Below are positions 56,890 through 64,000 of a stretch of DNA of 64,000 nt, in pieces. The translations under genes and the position numbers were made by a program. Origin of the DNA: a virus; the IMG/VR virus record IMGVR_UViG_3300033149_002674, positions 3,971 to 67,970 of that record, one strand, 5' to 3'. The notes beneath the pieces are model-generated. The model had not been told where the DNA came from. It saw nothing but the letters and a program-made list of their open reading frames with translations, and made no database searches. Every line of letters begins with the position of its first letter. Position 1 is the stretch's first letter.

Positions 56890-59496
56890 ATGGTAAAAGC
56901 TAGAGAGAATCAACTAGGGCCGATTACAATCTTGGACGAGGATTCTGGGGGCACTGTAGATAATACTGGTGCTAACCTACAGAATACTGGCGGTGTGACT
57001 CATAACGAACTTGTAGGAACTCCTGGAAATAACTCTTTCTGGGTTGAGACCGGTGTGCCATCTCTTCCTAAGTTTACGGACTCTACTGGTGCTACCATTA
57101 CTCTTGGCGCTCTAGCTGTTACAGATACTCTAGCAGCAACTCTTGCTGCTGGTAATGTCACTGGTGGAACCAGCATTGCCTTATCCAGTACTGACTCTAT
57201 CACAGTAGAGAATCCATCTGGAAATATTGCTATTATGAATGGAGGTAATGGCTCTGATATCGGTGGAGATATAAATATTACATCTAGAGATATGGGATCT
57301 CTATATGTAAGAACTGAAGATTATCCTACTGGGTCTAATGTTGGAGATGGATATTTTGGATCATACTCAGTAACTGGCCCCTCTGGCAATGTTGAATTCG
57401 TAACAGAAGGTAATGGAACTCCATCTGGAGATGTTCGTATTGGTACATACTCAAATGCAGATTCTGGTGACCTAACAATAATGACGGAAGCTACTGGTGG
57501 AAGTGCTGGTGATTTATTTATTGGGAGGTCTCATTCTGGTCTTGGCGGAGATATTATAGTCAGAAATGAGTCAACTGGTGGAACGGTTGGCGATATACTA
57601 ATACAGAATGATGGCGCTGGCACTGCTGGCAATATAGAGATATCTAATACATCTATTGGCGGCGTTTGTGGTGAAATCAATATCTTCAATACATGCGGTG
57701 GACAACCAGGCGACATCAATATTTTCTCACAGGGATTAGGTGCTCCTCCGGGAGATATTAATATATATGCACATGCAGGTGGTGGTCCAGGTGGTGACAT
57801 CAGCTTTTCAACAGAAGGCGTTGGCGCTCCAGGTGGAAACTATGAGTTTAGAAGCTTTGGTGGTGGTGGTTCCGGTGGAGACTTTGACTTCTATTCATTT
57901 GGAACAGGTGGACCAGGCGGTGTATTTAGATTCAATTCAGGCGGACCTACCAGCTCTGGTATAGCCGGTGAACCAGTCTTTCAATTCTTCACAGATGGTT
58001 ACGGCGCTCCAGGTGGCGACTTTGACTTAAGAACAATTGGTCGTGGTGGTCCTGGTGGAAACTTTACATTCCACTCGCAAGCTTTATCTGGCGCTCCCGG
58101 TGGTAATGTACTTTTTAACCTTATCGGATCCGACGCTCCAGGCGGAGATTTTACTATAAGGTCTATTGTTGATGGTTCAGGTGCGCCATCTGGAAATTTC
58201 TTATATGAATCTATTACTCCAGCAGGTGCTCCTGGTGGTTCTATAACATTCAGAACTCAGGGTACAGGTGGTCCAAATGGTGAAGTGCTATTTGTTAGTT
58301 CCACTTCTTCTGCAGGTGGTGCTGCTGGTGGCGACATTAGAATGCAGACTGATAATGACTCCGGAGAAGGAGGAAATATAACATTAAGATCTTCTTCAAC
58401 AGGGTATGGCTCAAATGTTACCGGTATCCTTATAGAAGGAGTTCAGAATGATGGCGCTAATGATACTCCATCTGTTACATTAAGAACTTCAAATTCAAAT
58501 GGTTCAAACTCATCTATAAACATCAACCCAAGCAGTACATCTTCTGGAAATATTGATATTGAAACGTCAGGTGCGCCAAATGGTTCTGGTAGTATAAATA
58601 TTTCTACAGGTGATGGTTTTGGTGCAGGATCTGGTTCGTTAAACTTTGAGACAGGTGGTGGAGATAGTGCTGGCTCAGGTGCTATTACATTCCAAACGGG
58701 TTATGGTGGTAACGGGGCCTCTGGTCCTATCACTTTCAGAACTGGCAATGGAGATACTGGTGGTTCTGGTAATATGACTTTTATAACGTCATTTGGAGGC
58801 AATGATGAGTCGGGTGGTTTCTATTTTGCATCCGGTGAGGGTAATGATGGTGGTTCAGGCGAGTTTAGTATAATCACTGGTCCTGGTCAGGGAGGGGAAT
58901 CCGGAGGTTTTACATTTACATCTGGTGATGTAGTTACCGATGGTTACACATCAGGACCATTTATTATTACTACAGGTAATGCTAATGGTAGCTTAGTTGA
59001 CTCTGGAAATATTGAGTTTACTACTGGTGATGTTTCTGGTGGAACTGGAATGGCTGGTGACATTATCTTTACACCAGGTACTGGAAATGGAACTAACGGT
59101 TCTGTTAGAGCAATTGGTGCATCACACACAGCAATAAGAGAACAAATAGAGTTAAGCTCATCTCAAGTAGTATCTGGTGCTGTTACATCAGGTGGCGGAA
59201 CACTAGCTCTTACACTTCCAACGATTACAGATGGAAGAACTGAAACATACAGTGTTAAAGTCAAAACCAATACAGCTGGAGCAAGAGATTTTTACAGAGC
59301 TATTGTAATAGCCTACAGATCTACAACGTCTACAATAGATAGAGTTGAGGTAGTATCTCCATTTAATAATGGAAACTTCACATTGGGAGCATCCCTGTCA
59401 ACAAATGATGTTGTACTTACATTTACTAATAACTCTGGCACGAACACTACTAATACGGTTATAACTGCATCTATAGATACAGAAGTTAATGCTTAA
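56890..59496 (+). CDS. Gly-rich repeat fibre protein (shared N-terminal module, paralogue 1)
   Basis: N-terminal MVKARENQLGPITILDED...SFWVETGVPSLPKFTDS. About 14-residue GAPGGD/N repeats. Confidence 0.7.
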   Translation: MVKARENQLGPITILDEDSGGTVDNTGANLQNTGGVTHNELVGTPGNNSFWVETGVPSLPKFTDSTGATITLGALAVTDTLAATLAAGNVTGGTSIALSSTDSITVENPSGNIAIMNGGNGSDIGGDINITSRDMGSLYVRTEDYPTGSNVGDGYFGSYSVTGPSGNVEFVTEGNGTPSGDVRIGTYSNADSGDLTIMTEATGGSAGDLFIGRSHSGLGGDIIVRNESTGGTVGDILIQNDGAGTAGNIEISNTSIGGVCGEINIFNTCGGQPGDINIFSQGLGAPPGDINIYAHAGGGPGGDISFSTEGVGAPGGNYEFRSFGGGGSGGDFDFYSFGTGGPGGVFRFNSGGPTSSGIAGEPVFQFFTDGYGAPGGDFDLRTIGRGGPGGNFTFHSQALSGAPGGNVLFNLIGSDAPGGDFTIRSIVDGSGAPSGNFLYESITPAGAPGGSITFRTQGTGGPNGEVLFVSSTSSAGGAAGGDIRMQTDNDSGEGGNITLRSSSTGYGSNVTGILIEGVQNDGANDTPSVTLRTSNSNGSNSSININPSSTSSGNIDIETSGAPNGSGSINISTGDGFGAGSGSLNFETGGGDSAGSGAITFQTGYGGNGASGPITFRTGNGDTGGSGNMTFITSFGGNDESGGFYFASGEGNDGGSGEFSIITGPGQGGESGGFTFTSGDVVTDGYTSGPFIITTGNANGSLVDSGNIEFTTGDVSGGTGMAGDIIFTPGTGNGTNGSVRAIGASHTAIREQIELSSSQVVSGAVTSGGGTLALTLPTITDGRTETYSVKVKTNTAGARDFYRAIVIAYRSTTSTIDRVEVVSPFNNGNFTLGASLSTNDVVLTFTNNSGTNTTNTVITASIDTEVNA

Positions 59497-59508
59497 TATA
59501 GGACTTAT

Positions 59509-61734
59509 ATGGTACAGCCAAGAGAAGAACAATTAGGAAACATTACCGTTTTAGACGAGGATAATGCAGGAGTTGTAACCACATCTGGTTCCAACATCAC
59601 CGATGCTGGTGGTGTTATTCATGATGAGCTTGGAGGAACTCCTGGAAATAACTCTTTTTGGGTTGAAAATACATCCCCATCTCTACCAAAGTTTACCGAT
59701 TCTGCTGGCTCTACAATAACACTTGGTGGTGGAGGAGATGGCTATAGCTCAGATGGACCAGCAAATCGTATTCAGGTTTCTGATGGATCAGAAGGTTTTG
59801 TTGCTGGTGGTTTAAGTGATGATGGGTCTGGTTTTCTTTCCTATGAAGTTGATGCTTCAGTATCTATTACCACTCAACCATCACGAGGAATAGCTCTTCT
59901 ACCTGGAATAGGCGGGGACGCTTTCATATTTGGTCAAGACATAAGTCTTAATGCTAGTGCTGGTTCGGGTATCTCCACTATTCAGGGTGCTGATGTTGCA
60001 CTTAATGCACAAGTAAATGATGTTAGTATAACAGCTGCAACTGACTTAAATATAACAGTTCAAGGTGCTGCGGCAACATGGCCAACAGCTAATGGTTCAG
60101 GAGTTCTGACTAATAATGGCTCTGGTACATTATCATGGGCAGCTCCAGTAGTTGCAGATCCTCCACTTTCAGACGTTCTTGCGGCAGGTAACTCTACTGG
60201 AACAGGGCAGGATATAAGCATGTCTTCCGGATCAGAAATTGTAGGATTTGGAAATCCTGTGCCTGGCGGTAACGGTGGAAATGTTGCATTACGAGGAGGC
60301 CAGGGTCTTACATCCGGTAACGGTGGAAGTATTACACTCACAGGTGGTAATGGTGGTTCTTCAGGAGATTGTGGAAGTATCAGCATTCAGGGAGGTACAT
60401 CTGGCTGGACTGATGCTCCTGGTGGCTCTGTTACTATTCAGGCAAGTGGAGGTCGTGGTGCTGGTAATGGTGGATCAATGCTCATCACCGGAGGGTCTAA
60501 GATTACCGCTGGGCTTGGTAATGCTGGCTCTGCGCAGTTAAGCGGAGGAAATGGTGGCTCAGTAGGTGATGGTGGAAATGTTATTATTGCTGGAGGAATT
60601 TCAACTACAGGTACTTGCGGTGATGCTACGATTAGAGGAGGCTTTGGTTTTACTGGTGGTAATGTAACTATTCTAGGCGGAACGTCTACTGGAACCTCTG
60701 TTGGTGGTGGCATTGTTATGAGTGGTGGTAATTCTCCAAATGTTGGCAACTTTGCTGGTGGACAAGTTATTGTTGAGGGTGGATTGGGAACATCTACAGG
60801 AACATCTCCGGGTGGTGAATTGTTCTTACGTGGTGGCGAATCAGACACTGGAAACAATAATGGCGGTGATGCAAACCTTCAGGGTGGACTTGCATCTGGT
60901 ACTGGTAATGGCGGTGATGTTAGAATTCGTGGCGGCTCTTCTCCAAGCGGTTCTGTTGGCTCTGTTAATATAGATCAATCAAACGGATCTACTGCGGCAA
61001 TATTCGATGATTCCACAGATTGGGCTGGAGCATCTGTTGGAGATGTTCTAGTAAAGGGGGCGACTGGATTAGAATATTCGGCAATTACTGACTCTCCTGG
61101 TGACTTTACTGTTAACGGAAAGCTTACAGTTACTGGTCTTATTGATCCTACAGGTATGGTTTTCTCTGAGCAGGGAACATCTCCATATGATCCTTCGTCT
61201 ACTGGAACTGAAGGAATGATTTGGGTACGTGATGATGCTAAGCTTATTTATTCAGATAAACTTGGTAACGAATTTCCTATATCAAATGATGGATATGTTG
61301 ACAATCAAAGCTCATCTCCTAACGCTCTTATTGGAAAGGAAACAATTAACGTCATATTAGAGGGTATTAGTTCTGTCTCCTCCCAGTCTAACGACTATGA
61401 CCTTCCTCTTGTTGTGGGAGGGGTTACACCAAGTGGCACTTCTGAAAATGAGTCTAAGTTAATAGCAGAAATCAAGGTTGGGGTAACAAGAGGTGATGGG
61501 TCCGACTATTCTGTTGCTTCTTGGATTTCTTCATGGACATGGAACGACAATTCTTCAGGGTATGGAAATACGGATCTTGAGTTGACTTCAGCTTCTTCTG
61601 GCACCCTTACAATGGTAGCTACTACAGATGGTGGATCACCAGCACTCCCAAGAATCCAGGTTGGAACATCTGGAGCTGCTGATACTCCAAGATACTTTGT
61701 GGAAATAAATTTAACTCTTTTCAATGTTGACTAA
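59509..61734 (+). CDS. Gly-rich repeat fibre protein (shared N-terminal module, paralogue 2)
   Basis: MVQPREEQLGNITVLDED...SFWVENTSPSLPKFTDS, GGxVxIxGG repeats, GKLTVTGLIDPTG. Confidence 0.7.
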   Translation: MVQPREEQLGNITVLDEDNAGVVTTSGSNITDAGGVIHDELGGTPGNNSFWVENTSPSLPKFTDSAGSTITLGGGGDGYSSDGPANRIQVSDGSEGFVAGGLSDDGSGFLSYEVDASVSITTQPSRGIALLPGIGGDAFIFGQDISLNASAGSGISTIQGADVALNAQVNDVSITAATDLNITVQGAAATWPTANGSGVLTNNGSGTLSWAAPVVADPPLSDVLAAGNSTGTGQDISMSSGSEIVGFGNPVPGGNGGNVALRGGQGLTSGNGGSITLTGGNGGSSGDCGSISIQGGTSGWTDAPGGSVTIQASGGRGAGNGGSMLITGGSKITAGLGNAGSAQLSGGNGGSVGDGGNVIIAGGISTTGTCGDATIRGGFGFTGGNVTILGGTSTGTSVGGGIVMSGGNSPNVGNFAGGQVIVEGGLGTSTGTSPGGELFLRGGESDTGNNNGGDANLQGGLASGTGNGGDVRIRGGSSPSGSVGSVNIDQSNGSTAAIFDDSTDWAGASVGDVLVKGATGLEYSAITDSPGDFTVNGKLTVTGLIDPTGMVFSEQGTSPYDPSSTGTEGMIWVRDDAKLIYSDKLGNEFPISNDGYVDNQSSSPNALIGKETINVILEGISSVSSQSNDYDLPLVVGGVTPSGTSENESKLIAEIKVGVTRGDGSDYSVASWISSWTWNDNSSGYGNTDLELTSASSGTLTMVATTDGGSPALPRIQVGTSGAADTPRYFVEINLTLFNVD

Positions 61735-61741
61735 GTAACTG

Positions 61742-62473
61742 ATGAAGTACTGGTTAATCATAGGAGTTAAAGACCCCAGGTTTTATGATAATATAAATCA
61801 AAATATAAAAAGGATATCCAATTCCTTCAATACTGAATGTGTTATCGTAGAAACCGGTGAAGGAATTGGTTTATTTGATCATGCTATAACTCAAGAAAAA
61901 CCAGGCGTTGTTGCTTTTTTAAACACAGCACTTTCTCATGTAAAAGATAAACCTGATGATTGGTTTGTAAGGATTGATGCTGATGATTATTATGGCCCAA
62001 ACTACTTAAAGCTAATAGATGATGCCAGACTGTCTGGAGCGGATGCAACAGGAATTGCTTCTGTTTATACAAAGACAGAAAGCGGGGATATCTACTACTG
62101 TGAATCCAAAAGACAATTTAATGGAGCTTTTGGAGGAACTATTGCTGGAAGAATTGGGTCAGCCATAGAATTTGAAGAAACCGGTTATCCCTGGGGAGAG
62201 GATACAAAATGGATATCATCTATGATTACTCAAGGCAGGACTGTATTACCAAGAAAATCTCAAGACTATGCTTTTGTAAGGTGGGAGGGGCATAACCATA
62301 CATACCCAGTTTCTGGAGAAGCAATGCCACACTTTCTAAATTGCAATGCATATTATCAGGGAAAATGGGATCCTTATAAATTAAAATCATCTTTTAATAA
62401 AGAAAGCCCTGTGAAAAAAAATTCTAAGCTTGCTTTTGAGGGCGCGAAGTCTCTGCAAGCTGTATCGCCATAA
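61742..62473 (+). CDS. GT-A fold (GT2-like) glycosyltransferase embedded in the fibre cluster
   Basis: WFVRIDADDYYGPNYL (DxDD motif), GGTI, WGEDTKW, HNHT. Confidence 0.65.
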   Translation: MKYWLIIGVKDPRFYDNINQNIKRISNSFNTECVIVETGEGIGLFDHAITQEKPGVVAFLNTALSHVKDKPDDWFVRIDADDYYGPNYLKLIDDARLSGADATGIASVYTKTESGDIYYCESKRQFNGAFGGTIAGRIGSAIEFEETGYPWGEDTKWISSMITQGRTVLPRKSQDYAFVRWEGHNHTYPVSGEAMPHFLNCNAYYQGKWDPYKLKSSFNKESPVKKNSKLAFEGAKSLQAVSP

Positions 62474-62484
62474 TAGCGCATATT
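62469..62484 (+). promoter_or_regulatory. Candidate late-promoter motif CAT-N7-CATATT
   Basis: Same arrangement as 4635-4650; lies just upstream of AGGAG and the ATG at 62498. Confidence 0.35.
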
Positions 62485-62497
62485 TCTAGGAGATAAT

Positions 62498-64000
62498 ATG
62501 GTACAACCAAAAGAAGGACAACTAGGCCCAATTACAATCTTAGATGAGGATGCAGGTGGAACTGTAAATGCATCTGGTGCTAATATTCAAACGGTAGGCG
62601 GAGTTACTCATGTTTCTGAGGCTCTACCTGGTCCTGGTAATGATTCATTTTGGGTTGAAGCTGGTACACCTTCTCTCCCTAAATTTACGGACTCTACTGG
62701 AACCACTATAACAATTGGTTCTGGAAATGGAGATGTAACTGGACCTGGGTCTGGATCAGATAACAACATTGTTGTATTCGATGGAGTTACAGGAAAAATC
62801 CTTAAAGATTCTGGTTTTAATCTCACCACTATAGATGGAGCTAATGGTGAGGTTCTCACAACAGATGGTGCTGGCAATATCACATTTACATCTGCAGGTA
62901 CACCTAGTGGTCCAGATAGGTCTATACAGTTCAAGGATGGCATTGTGTTCGGAGGGCAAGCTCAGCTTCTTTACACTGATGACTCTACCAATAACTACAT
63001 GGACCTAACGAATGTTAGCGCCACTGGCACAACTGGATTGAGGGTGTTTGACAATACTGCCACTCAATCAATGGCTTTTACATTTAATGATAATACATCA
63101 GAAGCTTTGGCTGCAACATTTGCCGGTGCTAACTTTACAGTATCAGGTTCCGGTAACTTAAACCTATCAGCAAACTCAAATATTGTAATCGATTCTGGCT
63201 CTCCATTAATATGGCCATCTTCTGATGGAGCGAATGGCGATGTTTTGACAACTGACGGAGCTGGAAATCTTTCATTCTCAACAGCAGCTGGAGTCGCTCA
63301 GGGGCTTCAGCTTAATTATGATGTTGGCAACTTAATTGTAACTGATGCTGCAGGAGGTCCTATAGACTTTTCTGGAGATCAAGAAATAAATTTAACAGCT
63401 GGATACGGAACAACTGGCAATTCTAGTTTTTCAATTCAAGCAAATGACCCCAGCCCAGTTGTACTTTCTTTAGCGACAATTAATACTGGCGGTGTAGGAG
63501 TTTTAAATCTTTCAGGCCAGGACTCAGCGGTACTTCAAACAACGCAAGGAGACTTAACTGTTAATGCTATAAACGGTTTTGCTCAGCTTAGCTCTTCTCA
63601 TAATGACCCCAATAATGCTTTGGTCGCTATTGCATCCTCTAATACTGGCGCAGGTCGTGCTGATATTTCAATTACTGCACAAGATGATATCGCCATAACA
63701 GCTATAGATGGTTACGTAAATATTTCTTCAAGCGGAATTAGTAACTCATGGAACACTTCAGGCAATAGCCCTGATAATATTGTGTTAGCATTAGGGGGTA
63801 TTAACTCTGGTGCTGGCAGTACTGAGGTTAATATTGGAAGTGATACAGTACTATTATTTGCGCTTACAGGGGGTGAGCTAAATTTTGATGGAGGTTCTGG
63901 TTCTTCAGATACATGGCCTTCAGTTCAAGGGCCTGGATTCTTACAAAATGATGGACTGGGGGCTCTTTCATGGCAACCAGCAGTACAGCCACCAAATGTA
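62498..64000 (+). CDS. Fibre protein (shared N-terminal module, paralogue 3), truncated at the window end
   Basis: Missing from the ORF track because it has no stop in the window. AGGAG RBS; reads MVQPKEGQLGPITILDEDAGG...SFWVEAGTPSLPKFTDS, WPSSDGANGDVLTTDGAGNLSF, AIDGYVN. Confidence 0.8.
   Translation, partial: MVQPKEGQLGPITILDEDAGGTVNASGANIQTVGGVTHVSEALPGPGNDSFWVEAGTPSLPKFTDSTGTTITIGSGNGDVTGPGSGSDNNIVVFDGVTGKILKDSGFNLTTIDGANGEVLTTDGAGNITFTSAGTPSGPDRSIQFKDGIVFGGQAQLLYTDDSTNNYMDLTNVSATGTTGLRVFDNTATQSMAFTFNDNTSEALAATFAGANFTVSGSGNLNLSANSNIVIDSGSPLIWPSSDGANGDVLTTDGAGNLSFSTAAGVAQGLQLNYDVGNLIVTDAAGGPIDFSGDQEINLTAGYGTTGNSSFSIQANDPSPVVLSLATINTGGVGVLNLSGQDSAVLQTTQGDLTVNAINGFAQLSSSHNDPNNALVAIASSNTGAGRADISITAQDDIAITAIDGYVNISSSGISNSWNTSGNSPDNIVLALGGINSGAGSTEVNIGSDTVLLFALTGGELNFDGGSGSSDTWPSVQGPGFLQNDGLGALSWQPAVQPPNV

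Larger units (their letters stand above)
1..64000 (+). mobile_element. Segment of a large (jumbo-type) myovirus-like bacteriophage genome
   Basis: Unidirectional, tightly packed genes, often with TAATG/ATGA overlaps and GGAG/AGGA Shine-Dalgarno motifs. Baseplate, fibre, tubulin, DnaB/DnaC, sigma factor and HNH genes occur together, with no cellular housekeeping operons. Confidence 0.9.

Noticed and set aside
1-64000. Many short minus-strand and off-frame ORFs in the ORF track
   Set aside because: Nearly all lie within long + strand genes, lack RBS or motifs, and are the shadow ORFs expected from biased codon usage.
1-64000. Alternative genetic code (TAG or TGA recoding) as in some jumbo phages
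   Set aside because: Genes up to 7.5 kb are uninterrupted under the standard code, and TAG and TGA end genes at sensible places (e.g. 4630, 14661).
1-64000. CRISPR array, tRNA or rRNA genes
   Set aside because: Intergenic gaps are at most about 200 nt. I saw no repeat-spacer periodicity or cloverleaf signature.
45288-64000. Diversity-generating retroelement or invertible cassette acting on the fibres
   Set aside because: No reverse transcriptase or recombinase is in the window. The shared modules differ at synonymous positions throughout, not in an adenine-specific TR/VR pattern.

Overview
The window is a 64-kb, densely packed segment in which every credible gene lies on the + strand. It most likely comes from a large (jumbo-type) myovirus-like bacteriophage genome. 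It has four modules. (1) 0.3-17.6 kb is a contractile-tail baseplate module (gp25-like, expanded baseplate-J, a 2241-aa LamG-containing wedge-like protein, a dockerin-like EF-hand protein), flanked by two paralogous HNH-type endonucleases. (2) 18.6-34.7 kb is a ~16-kb glycan synthesis and decoration cluster: GT4-, GT2-, GT9- and CgeB-like glycosyltransferases, a sulfotransferase, two SAM methyltransferases, gmd, fcl and rmlB. (3) 34.8-45.2 kb holds a tubulin/FtsZ-family (PhuZ/TubZ-like) GTPase, an SF2 helicase, an Sm/Hfq-like protein, DnaC- and DnaB-like proteins, a sigma-70-family factor, a methionine aminopeptidase and small ORFs. (4) 45.3-64 kb is a set of modular Gly-rich fibre/appendage proteins with one more glycosyltransferase embedded among them. 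The strongest unexplained signal is the tripeptide Asp-Gly-Tyr (DGY). By manual count it occurs about 37 times in nine of the eleven large putative virion proteins, with varied codons, and never in the non-structural proteins. Together with the adjacent glycosylation machinery, this suggests a phage-encoded, motif-directed virion modification system, possibly Tyr O-glycosylation. That is an inference that needs testing. All functional calls come from motif recognition by eye; no database searches were run.
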